The notes under the pieces are model-generated. The model was not told the origin of the DNA and made no database searches. It saw only the letters and a program-made list of their open reading frames with translations. The position numbers were made by a program, and so were the translations under genes. From NCBI GenBank assembly GCA_900088475.1, contig FLMG01000154.1:1-64000 (forward strand): a stretch of DNA of 64,000 bases, written 5' to 3'. Origin of the DNA: Hyphochytrium catenoides (lineage: Eukaryota > Protista > Hyphochytriomycota). Below are positions 1 to 10,900 of the stretch, in pieces (within the stretch, counting starts at the first letter, position 1; each line of letters starts with the position of its first letter).

Positions 1-488
1 CCATCAACGCCGGCCCAGGCAGCAGCTGACGACCACCGACCGACGAAGGAAGAAACTGATGATTGATGATGCTTCAAGATGCTTTCATTGGGCTGCTGAC
101 ACTTCCTTGGGTTGATTGTTAGCAGTAGTGGCAGAAGAACTGGTCGTGCTGCTTGAACCAAGGCTGCCTTAGTTAAGACGGGCGGCGTAGTAAGATTCCT
201 CCACAATAACAATTCGAGCGTCTGATGATTTGAAACAACATCACTCTTCATCATCAGCTGCCGCATGTACTAGTTGACAACACTGGAGACGATCCGATAA
301 CGTTGCTGCCACATCGTCATCAGCGGCTCTAGCGAGAACAAGGGATAACGCTGAAGTAAGAGCTACCTTCAGCCCTTTCTTCTCCTCATAGCAGACGGTG
401 TCTGAGGAGCTTGGTTCAATAACTCTGGATACCCTCCGCGTTGGCGTTAGTCGGCAGCTTCGAGCCTCTCCTCTCCAACAACGAAAGC

Positions 489-2138
489 ATGAATGCGGAA
501 TCTGATACTACCCTTGTCTCCGCAAGAAAAAAAGTCACTGAAAACCTCCACACCGACCTTCCAAAAGAGGAACAAACGGTGAAGGCAATTGGTGTCGTCC
601 CGCACTTAGAACAGCAGGATGACGGATATCATGGACCTGAAGAAGGCAACCAAAGCCCGCCTGACAGCCTCGCAGCGGCGGAAAGCCAACAGTCCGGAGG
701 ATGTTGCCGCCGAAGGCCACTGTGCTCTTCAAGGCTTCGACTTTGGCTATCATGGTCCTTTCTTATTATTGGCGTCATTGTGGTGCCAGTAGCACTTACT
801 GGGTGGTACGTACGGCAAGTCCTGGCCCACACTCCTGCCTGGCTGTCAATGACAGGACCCATGGCTAATGATCCGATCATATTGGACGCTATGGTCAGCA
901 AATTCAGCAGCAAGTTGCTTAACGCGACCCTTAGCCTCTCTGAAACTATTGGTGTGGATGCTGGGCTGTGTCCGCCTTGTATAGGAGTCTCCCAGCTGAT
1001 AAAGCTTGCTGTATGGCAGATAGTACGCTCTTCGCTCTTCCAGACAGCATGGATTGAAGCAAACACTTTGGCGCACAAGATCTTCGTGGCTATCCTGACT
1101 GGCAGAGCTGACCGCCTTGAAAAGGCCGCCATTATAGCTTCAGGCATGGATGGTGGTGTCCTTAATCTAAACCTCTCTTCCATCGCCCAGAGCGTGTCTA
1201 CAAAGCTAGAAGAGCGCGGCTTTCGGAATGGCTCTTTGCTGGTAAGGGCGGTAGATTGGGTAGCACCTCTGGCAAACTCTACGACTCTGAAATCAAGCCA
1301 GGATGCCTTCAACGCTGCGATGAAGGCAACAGAAGCTGTGATCGCCCTTGGCGTCCTGCTTTTTGTCATTGCTTTGGTGCTGGCCCCTAATCGATGGCAG
1401 GGGGCAGAGAGAGGACTGCTGGCTGTCGCCTTCGGGAGCGCGATCATCGCTATACTATGTGGCATCATCTATATCGCAGAAGTGGACTTCCTGCATAGTA
1501 GTCTAGGTACTGCTGCTTCCATGCGTATCCAGTACTGGTTACTCTTGCCCCTATCGAGAACAGCTGCGACACTCTATTTGGTGATGGCCGGAGTCTACCT
1601 TCTCCTCGTGGTCTTCGGCTATCCATTGCTAAGTCGATATGTGATGGCGAAGAAGAGCAGCGAGGAGGCGGCCTTGCAGTCAGAAGCCGATCGACTATCC
1701 TCCCTGGGACACCGTAATGAGAGACAGCCGTGGCTCGTGCGTCTCTCTAAGCATGCTTTTGAGTTTGCTATCACTGGGGTGCTGATCCTAGGAGCTGTCC
1801 TTGTCCTGCTCAGTCCTCCCACCAAAGAGCAGTTTGAGAGACTACTAGAGGCTCTTGCATGCTACTTGGCTCTCATCCTCATTCTTGTGATAGCTGGACG
1901 TGTGTGGCCCTCGGTGGTCGCCTGGTGGAGGAAAAGGAAACAGGAGCAGAAGAGCCAGGAGGAGGAAGCCAAGGTGGACGGAGAAGGTGGCAAGGGGCCA
2001 TTTATGAGCTTCGCAGAGGACAAGGAGAATGAGGCAGTGCTACGAAGCAGCCAGGACCGGGATCAGAATAGGGCTGATCGGACCAAGCTAAATAATCCCG
2101 AGAACCAGGGCGACGCTGTCGCTCTTATGTCACTATGA
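489..2138 (+). CDS. Intronless multi-pass membrane protein resembling actinobacterial integral membrane proteins
   Basis: Single ORF with first ATG at 489 (549 aa) and about 7 hydrophobic segments. The segment ALTGWYVRQVL..WLSMTGPMANDPII..VRSSLFQTAWIEANTLAHKIFVAILTG..LNLNLSSIAQSVSTKL recalls a Streptomyces/Mycobacterium membrane protein family (from memory). Confidence 0.75.
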   Translation: MNAESDTTLVSARKKVTENLHTDLPKEEQTVKAIGVVPHLEQQDDGYHGPEEGNQSPPDSLAAAESQQSGGCCRRRPLCSSRLRLWLSWSFLIIGVIVVPVALTGWYVRQVLAHTPAWLSMTGPMANDPIILDAMVSKFSSKLLNATLSLSETIGVDAGLCPPCIGVSQLIKLAVWQIVRSSLFQTAWIEANTLAHKIFVAILTGRADRLEKAAIIASGMDGGVLNLNLSSIAQSVSTKLEERGFRNGSLLVRAVDWVAPLANSTTLKSSQDAFNAAMKATEAVIALGVLLFVIALVLAPNRWQGAERGLLAVAFGSAIIAILCGIIYIAEVDFLHSSLGTAASMRIQYWLLLPLSRTAATLYLVMAGVYLLLVVFGYPLLSRYVMAKKSSEEAALQSEADRLSSLGHRNERQPWLVRLSKHAFEFAITGVLILGAVLVLLSPPTKEQFERLLEALACYLALILILVIAGRVWPSVVAWWRKRKQEQKSQEEEAKVDGEGGKGPFMSFAEDKENEAVLRSSQDRDQNRADRTKLNNPENQGDAVALMSL

Positions 2139-2788
2139 CGTAGGAGCAGGTCTCTCCGTCCAACGAACATAGCTTCCCTTCCTCCTCTCTGATCTCTAAG
2201 TCCTAATTCCGTCCTCCGGAGCTGCAGGCAAGAGATGTAGGCGTGCTCAAGTGCATGCACTCTTCTGTCAGACCTAAGTAGTAGCGGCAGCACCAAGCCA
2301 CTTCTCCAGGCCAAACTGCTGGCAAAAGGGAGGGCTACTTCTCAACTAAGTAACTCAATGGCATTGCTATCAATCAGGCTATGTTTCTATCGTCACCCCT
2401 TGAGTCAGCTGCACTAAGCCCATTCATGGTCAAGCGTGCTGAGAAGTGTCGCAGTGTCGAGGATCTTTATAGTCACAGCTTTTGCTCTTCTAGGAGCTTC
2501 CAAGGTGACGATAGAAGCCTAGAATAGATTCATAGCGCCGAATCTGAAGAAAATAGATTAGGCTATATAGCGATAAGACCGAAACTAAATGTACGATGAC
2601 AACAGAATCTGTAAGGTTAATTTAGGATGAGGTCATGATGAGGTCATGATGTACTTCGTCGATCGCCCATCATCCTTACTTCAAGAGAACACGAGGCTCA
2701 TCAATCGTTGAGCACGGAGCTGCGGCACAGAAGGTGTTGCAGGGCGTGTCAAACCGCTAGGGAGGAGCACAGGCTCAACGCTGTTAGG

Positions 2789-5681
2789 ATGCATGCGGCT
2801 GGGAAGACCAACGACCGGAAGAGACAGCGGCAAGAGTCTTCTTTTGCAGTCTTGACTGCCGTTCCTCTTGAGCTCTTGGTCAAGATCTTTGAAGCCTGTG
2901 ACTTGAGCTCCCTTCGGGCTGTTGCTTGCTGCTCTGCGTATTGTTATCATTTCCTCCATGACAATGAGGATGTCTGGCGCAAGGTATTCCTGGCAAGCAC
3001 GAAACACAAAGAGGCCATGCCGACACGCGGAGAGCTGCAGAAAATTGGTTGTGAGGTGCGTGACAGCCCATCTTTACCGACAGACAGTGGCAAAGAAGAG
3101 AAGAAGGGCCACGTGCAAGGGCTTAGATTACGCTTTTAACCACTAAGCGGTGAGCAGAGGGCAAAACAGAGAGAAAAGATATGGAAGGTGAACAAGGAAG
3201 GATAGCGTGCTAATAAGAGCCGCCCTAGAACCACAAAGAGCAGAAAGACGAGGAAAAAGGCTGCTTGGTAGTCCCCCAGAGGAAGACTATCAGAGGCAAC
3301 AAGGGTTAGAATAGAGGCCAAAGGACGTTAACGCCAGCAGTATATATATCAACCCCTGACCTGCCTCTCGTTCCCTCCCTTTCGGCCTATAGGAGGAGGA
3401 TATCGACTATCGCAAGCTCTACTTTGAGCTAGCATCAACCACACGGTGGCTGGGTGTCAAGAACTACCTCTGTCTAGATAAAAAGAGTTCCAAGCTTCAG
3501 GTGCGGGGTCGTGGGGCAACCTGTATGGACGTCTTGGACCGAGTAGTAGCTGTCGGAACAGAGGTGACGCAGTAGCACAGGTTGCTTGCAATCTCCACGC
3601 TTTATGTGCAGTCTCCAAGAGCTTTTGGGATCACTGACTCTGGCTTTATCATCCTTTTCGACAAAGCTCTTCCTCTTTCAAATTACCTTATCACACTTTA
3701 TCCTTCCTCGTTGGTCTATTGTCTAGTTCCTACAGCGATGCTGTCCGGTCGTTTCTCAGCCTCACCTTTTGTCGCCCAGAGCATTTCTCTACGTGAATAT
3801 TCCTTCCCGCCAAAGCTTCAGCTTTTGTCGGAAGACTGATGTATCGGCGCTGATTCCATGTCAGGGAGGCGAAGTCTTTCTTTGGGAAGATCTCCGTCTG
3901 GATAGAGGGAGCACTTTCTCACAAGATGCGAAGAGGAGGGGAGACATTTCCGCAACGCATAGGGCCTACCTAGGAACCGCACCAGTACGTCTTAGTACTT
4001 ACCGAGTATTGATTCTCCAATCACTATCTTGCAGGGACACTGCCCATTAAACTCTCTTCTTTACTCTGTACGCTTCCTTTTGGCGCTCGTTTGGATCGTC
4101 GTCCACAAAACTTTCGCTCCTTCCGCCTCCTCTCTCCGAACAGCTCGGCCTCTAAGCCACTCCTTGAACCTCATCGATCTGGACTAGGACTCTGCCGCTC
4201 CTTCGCCTCACTTTTTGCACACTGACGGATTGACCTCGTCCCTATATTGCTTCTCATGCTTCTCCAGCTCCAGCAAGTCCATTTAAACCGTCACACAGTG
4301 CTCTGCGTGGCGTCCGATGGACTTGTGCACGTGCTGAGTCGTCCTCCAAACTTTCGCCTGTTACGGCGTTTAAACCTTCACTGCAATGTCATTGGCCTGG
4401 CCCAGCGAGAGGACTGTCTGTTCTTTCTAACGCCAGACATGCAGACTTTGGACAGAAATGGTGCCAGGATTGCTGTCTATGACCTGTAAGCAGGTGACCG
4501 ATTAAGGTGTACAGCGTAACGAAGGCTCACTTTCTCTGTCCTTCCTATTGGCCTTCTCCACTGTTTAGTTACTCCGGCTCAAGACTCTATGACTTTTGTT
4601 GCGAAAGCGCAGTCGGTATTGTGTGTGGGACGGGTGTCTTTAGTCCATCTGTGGTCCTTGTGGGAGGGGAGAAGTCTGGAGGAGAAGCCCTAATCCATTT
4701 TGAGGCGGTCAGCCGGGAGGCAGGTGAAAGCTCTAGCTGGGCCTCTGCCAACTGTCAAGCGAGTGGAAATCCGATACAAATCGGGGCAGGACGGATTGTC
4801 TCTTTCCGCTCCTTAGTTTGCGAGTCGACTGGCTCCACGCTCCTGGTAGTCGCTACGCTGGAAAGGGAGGTTCTCGGGATAAGTCTTGAAAGTAAGCAGC
4901 ATGTCCATCTCTCTACCTTATTGTCAACATGGTTCCGTGTCTTTGCCTTCATTACTTTTTGTCAAGCTCGCTCTAGATAACCCTTCGATCGCTCATAACC
5001 ACTATGATCATTACTCCTTCTTGCTCGTTTCTCCCTCCTCTTCCTCTGAGTCGCTCCTGCGCTTGGCTCCTTTGCTCTTGATCTGTCCTCTATACATCTC
5101 AGGCCCTCTATCTCTTGCGTACCCATCTGTGCATCTATTGGTCTATTACACTGGCTATGTTGGCTCACTATATTGTGTCCTGAGTTAGATTGACCCATTT
5201 TCTTTCTCAATACCCCGCCTTTTCAGCCTACCAGCCGCTGTTTAGGTTCGCACAGCCCACCCGAGGCGTACTTGCCGACCTCTTGGGCTCGCTTGTCCTA
5301 CTTCCCCGTCTTGGGTTCCTAATGATGGTCAGAGAAAGAAGCTTCGTAGAGTTGCTCGTGGTCCGTTTGCAAGCAAACCTCAATAGAAAGCCAGAGCGAA
5401 GGAGGGCTCCACCCTCACAAGCTGCTCCGTCATTCTCAGGCCAATGGGGGAAGGAGGGACAAGGGCAGTCTCCCAGGAATGGACTACGTCCTCCACCTCA
5501 GCTTGTGCGTCGTTTGGACCTTTCAAGCGCAGTGCAGGACATTCGGTTCTATGGTCGTGGCACTTTGGTCTTGTGTCGCTTTCTTAATGGATCAGTAGCA
5601 GCTGTTAACTTGTCAGACAGTGGCGACCGGCGCATCATGCAGCTCAAAGAGTCATTGCAGGTGGCGTTGGCAGGAGAATAA
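2789..5681 (+). CDS. F-box protein with WD40-like beta-propeller C-terminus (multi-exon)
   Basis: F-box motif LTAVPLELLVKIFEACDLSSLRAVACCS...VWRKVF. Later exons have propeller-like strands (ATCMDVLDRVVAVGTE|GGEVFLW, VLCVASDGLVHVL, IAVYDL). GT-AG introns; internal exon boundaries approximate. Confidence 0.7.
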
Positions 5682-5941
5682 CGCAGTCTGTCTGTGGCTC
5701 TTGGATGTAAAATAAAAGTTTCAGCCTTGTACACAGAGCCTTGCTGTCTACTATCACACAGAAAAACTCCTTACTGGTTATCGCTCTCTTCAAGCCTGTC
5801 CCTCCTCCTTCTTCGCCTGTACTCTTCTTCTAGATGTGAATCATGGGCGCCCTCTACATCAGGGTCCAGCATCCCACATCTATAGCTCCGTTCCTGTACA
5901 TTCTCTAATCTCTGGATCCTCTTTCACTTGTAAGTGAGTGT

Positions 5942-6251
5942 CTACTTTGTCCTGGTCGTCGTTCTCGCCTTGATTTGGTCGTTCCACCTGTCCCGCTCTT
6001 CGTCCGTGAACTCCGTCGTAATGGTAGACTTGTTTCGATCATGGCGCCACCAAGCGTAAGCAATACTACCCGCGAACACCCACGCGGCAGCCCTGGTAGA
6101 AGATGCCCATTGATAAGGGACTGTGTGCGAAAGAGAGAAAGCTCCAGGACAGCACGAGCGCAGCTTGCGGACCTATTCTGTCCTAGATGAGTTGTTCCTA
6201 CCTGAATGCAGGGGAGCTATCAGTTCGCAGTCTCTTCAAGAGTTTGTCCAT
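5942..6251 (-). CDS. 66-aa single-TM microprotein, two exons (absent from the ORF track)
   Basis: Exon 1 6251-6202, GTAGG...TACCAG intron 6201-6093, exon 2 6092-5942. Gives MDKLLKRLRTDSSPAFRAAAWVFAGSIAYAWWRHDRNKSTITTEFTDEERDRWNDQIKARTTTRTK*. Confidence 0.65.
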
Positions 6252-6489
6252 TGTCTGCAGTCAACTGCCGTTCACTGCGTCCGCCTTGCCACCCACGACG
6301 TGTCGGTCTCTTTCTCTGTTGACGTTGTCCTACTTACTGTCTTTGTCAAAGCGCAGCGGGCCAAGTACTCGATAGTCAGGATCCGTTCTGCAATTCACCA
6401 GAGCTGGCATGCAAGCGGGCAGGTGATGGTGTTGGCATAGATCGGAGGAGGCGAAGAGGACGGTAACTGGGAAAGAGGGGTAAAATAGA

Positions 6490-6612
6490 AGAGAGGGAGA
6501 GAGAGAGAGAGAGAAAGAAAGAGAGAGAGAGTGCGAAAGAGAGAGAGAGAACAAGGAAGAGAGACAGCGACTGAGAGAAAGAGAAAGGAGAAGAGAGAGA
6601 GAGAGAAAGGAG

Positions 6613-6646
<34 letters not shown>

Positions 6647-6687
6647 AGAGAGAGAGAGAGACCCAGAGAGAGAGAGAGACAGAGAGT
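6490..6687. repeat. Imperfect (GA)n microsatellite / purine tract
   Basis: About 200 bp of GAGAGA with interruptions, directly visible. Confidence 0.95.
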
Positions 6688-7984
6688 GGACAATTCTGAT
6701 TGAGGGCAAGAGAACGAAGCCTGTCCTTTGTCTTTTGTCTTTGGTGATGACCTGCTTGAGAAAAGAGAAGAAGTTCCAAACAACAAATAACCAAGGACCA
6801 AGGAGAGTTTCTTCATCATCAGAAGGATAACTACTGTTTAGATTACTGTAGGGGATCCTTGTCTCGCGAATAAGACGTGACAAATTGAATCATATACCCT
6901 TAAAACAGGTAATATATTCTGTATCCAAGTTTTGTTGACATGCGAGAGAAACCTGCACTAAACAATATAGCTATCCATAATAACCTTCTATAGACACCAT
7001 ACATTCTGAATCCAGCGGGGTTTAGAGGTTCCCCAGAATAAGAAGCGGCACCCGAAAACGACCGCTTGCTGGAGGGACTAATAATCCAGGTCAAGGCAAA
7101 TGATGAAGCGTTGCGATCAGTTTCTTAGCTTCTTAGAGCTTTGCTGCAGCTTTTTGCTGCCGCGTCTGCACTATGAGAGAGCGAGAGAGCTCTACTAGCG
7201 GCTCGGGATGGGATGCTAGCGTGACTGTCAGCTCCTCACTCCTCACTATAAAGACGCAGCTACAAGGCATCGAGCTCCAGAAGATCACTCTTGGATGATG
7301 GAAGAAGCTCAGAGGAGGGGATGCCTACTCTTTGCTGCTCCATCAGAAGAGTGGGAGTCAAAGACGGTACGTGGTATGGTATAGTACGGGTGACCTCTCT
7401 CAAAAGCGTTGCGTCTGCCTATAAGCTCGCATCTCAGGGCGGTCATGATGCGTCTCTTCTGGCTTTTGTCCGGGAAATGACACTTCTTTCTGCGCCTCTA
7501 TCAAGATCTAGCTTGAAGAACTTTTCTCGTCTTGCGCTGATTGGAAACTAGAGTAGTAGGTAAGGACTTCCGGGATGGACGCGTATGACAAGCAGGCTTG
7601 GACATCAAAACGGTCTGAGTATGGCCGATGGAGCGGGAGAGACAGCTATTGATCATCAGATCTTGGCAGCTGCCTCTGGTGATGTGAAGGCTGCATCACT
7701 AGCTTGGACGGGGTAGGCTGATGGGATTGAGATCCGCCAACAGGAAGAGTCGGTTGGACACTGGGGCCTGCGCGCTGCAGGCTATGGGCGGTTTCTCTCT
7801 TTCGATAACTCTCTTCTTCAATCTCATTGTCCACTACCCCGACAGTTCCCTGTCTCATCATCACATTTGTCCTTAGTGTCATCGCGGTCCTACCTCTTGC
7901 TTTCTCCTCTTTCTATCCTCACCCATCCCGGATCCCCCGCCTCAAGGCATATTAGCTTCTCAAGCCATTGAAAAAAGAGCAGAG

Positions 7985-10900
7985 ATGGTGAAGCTCACTG
8001 CGCTCCTTTCCTTCTCCTCTTCGTCTCCAAACGCAAAAAGCTCAACTCCCAGTACCTCTGCTGAGGGGGAAAAGAGAGATGAGACAGTTCAAAGCCAACA
8101 AACGAAGGACGAGAAGTTTGGTATTTCAACCAAGAAGACGGAGCAAGCAACAACGGAGGAGACGCAAAAGATGGCTGGGATCGGAGAAGCATCAGGTGGA
8201 GGAAGAAAACAGAGTCTCCTACCGAGCGGCGTCCCTTCAGACAGTGAGGAGGAGAGCAGCAGCAGTGAAGACGACGACAGCAGCAGTGAGAGTGATGAGG
8301 TGGATAGCAAAGGGAGGAAGAACCAGAAAAGCAAAGAAAGAAAAGGAAAGGGGGGGAAGGAAGATAGCACCTTTGGTCCTCCTCGAGGCTCCGTGTTGGA
8401 CTTCATCTTGCCGTCTAGCCGCACTCCTGAGAAGGCTGCAAGACAGGCAAAGCAGCGGAAGCGCCTGGACGTCAGCATCTCAGACTACGCGGGCAGGGTA
8501 TGTCTTCCTACTATCTCACGCTCTCCCACCCTTCCCCCATCCTTTCCGATGCTGTGCTGCCAGTGTTCGCCGACTCGCTGCTGAACTAACATCGAGCCCT
8601 AGGCTTACTCCCTTACAGCGCTGACTCCACTACACTTCTGTTGCCTCTTTTCGCCGTCACGACGGCACGGGCTCCTGTAGCCTCGTTGCTTCCCAAATCT
8701 ATCTCTCGCTTGATTATTGTTCAGCCTCTGTTCATCTGTTACTCTTCTCGTCTGCTCCTTCTCTCACTCCCTCTCTGCTCTTTTCATCTCTCTGTCCGTT
8801 CTCTAGCATTGCCCTCCGCTTTCCTTCCCAAAGTCGATGCTTGTCTAATCTTCTTGTCTCTGCTGCCCTCACTCCCTTATATCTTCGACCTACAGCTAAG
8901 CCCACAAGAACTATTTAACAAATTTGACGCTGATGGATCAGGGCAAATTGACTTCAAAGAGTTCTCCGCTATGGTGGGACGAAGGGAGGGCTTCTATGGT
9001 CTTCCTTCTTCTTCCTGGTTACGACTACGAATGCTACGTACTAGGGAACACCTGTATAATAGCGACGTCTGTTTGCTCCTTTGCTCTCGTGCTGTCCCTT
9101 TCGATTAGACTTTGCTATTTATCCCGCACCACTCCTCCATCCTTGCCTGTTTTGGTCTTTTGCAGCTCGAAGAACTAGGGCTAGAGCTGCCTGAACTAAA
9201 GAGGAAGCGATACTTCAAGGTACATAATACTAATAGGCCTTACTTGTCTCCTTCCACTTGACGTTCCATCGCTCTTTATCAGAATTTCTTGACCGCTCGA
9301 TGCTTCCAGGGTTATCTTGGGACGTCCTCTAGAGCAATAATACTGATCTTTATCGTCTAACAATTATCCGACATTCTTCCTCCTCCTTTCTATCTTTTTA
9401 TTTCTTCTCTCTTTCTCTCTCCTTTTTTGCTCCCGTCTCTCCTTCTTCTGCTCAGTAACGTTGGCTCATTCATCATCTCCTTTTTTTGGTCCTCATAAGA
9501 TCGCCAACCGCGATCCTTCAGGCAGCACAGGCCTCGACATCATTGACTTCCAGATGGTGCTTTACATGTGTGACCCTTACAAGGGCAATCCCTACGGCTT
9601 CAGTCCACCCAACTTCAATGGTTTCTCAGCAATCTTGTCCTTAGCACTTCTTCCCACTCCCTCACCTTCTGGACTTGTACGGCCGTCCGTGCCATTTTTA
9701 TAAAGTTCATTATAACTCTCTCCTTCCCCGTTCAGAACCGATTCCAGCAGCTCAGCTCCTCCTCGTCGCGAGATCTCGTTCTCGGGCATCTCAGAATTCA
9801 ACGGCCTCTTGCCCATTTGCTTGTCTCAGTTGTCTACCCACTCCATGCATTCGCAGTCTCTTTCAGAGCTTCCTAAGTTGTGTGCATCATCTTTCATACG
9901 TGATCGTCTGACATTGATCCTGGTCGCAGGCCCAAGGGATGCCTTCTTCATTGCTGACTTTGACGGCGGAGGCTCTATCACCGAGGATGAGTTTGCGGTA
10001 AGCACCAAAAATATGAGACAGTCTGTTGATACCTCCCACAAGAAGGCCGGGACGACGGAGGAAGCAAGGGAAAAAACGCATGGCTTTTGAATAATTAGAA
10101 GGCATGACAACACTTTGATCTTGTCAGGATGCTATGGAGGTGCTGGGCTTTAGGCTAGAGGACGAAGAACAAGAGAAAGTCTTCAAGCGATACGATGAGG
10201 ATGGTATGGATACGATCTACATGGCCCGAAGCCTCCACTCTTCCTTATCAATAATTCCGCGTGTGTCTGGTGATTTTTACCACAGTGGATGCTTCTCTCT
10301 CTACCGTGGTCTCTTCTGACTGAGGCTACGGTTCGTTCTAGAGTGCATGGTGGTGCAGTTTTTCTTCTCGGGAGTGTTGTTGTCGGTCTCAAAATAGCAA
10401 ACTTGTCGCTATTACTATTATCTCTGTGGCACGGTGGGCGGCCAGCTCCCTGAATCCTACTCTGGCATGGACAGATTCACCTAAATCAGCACTTTGTCGT
10501 GTCTTCTGTCTCCGTGTTTATGCGTGGACTCGTTGCTGGTGCAAATAGGGAGTGGAAGTATAGAGTACAAAGAGTTCAAGAACATGTGGTAAGAAGAACG
10601 AAGCAAGCAAAAGACATTCCCTAGCCAATGGGTCACTCAAACGCTCCATATCTTCCTAGTGCGGATCAGACAGATAGTGACGGGCGACTTGAGAAAGATT
10701 GAAAGCAGTGGTCTTTCTGCGGTCAAGCAAACCTTCTCAGCTACTCAATCTTTCTTCTTTTCGCTTTTTAGGCTAGACGTAGTGGATCTGAAAGTGGAGC
10801 TGCTGCGAAGAGAGAAAGCCGTCCCTGCCGACGCGTCCAAAACCACACTCAAGGTTGTCTCTCTCCTCTCCTGCTCTATACCCATCTATGACTTCTCTTC

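Noticed and set aside
629-1468. 279-aa antisense ORF, and similar shadows such as 39518-39910
   Set aside because: Antisense shadows of real CDSs.
6330-6883. Overlapping SLSL/ERER ORFs (also 40919-41561)
   Set aside because: Translations of GA/CT microsatellites.
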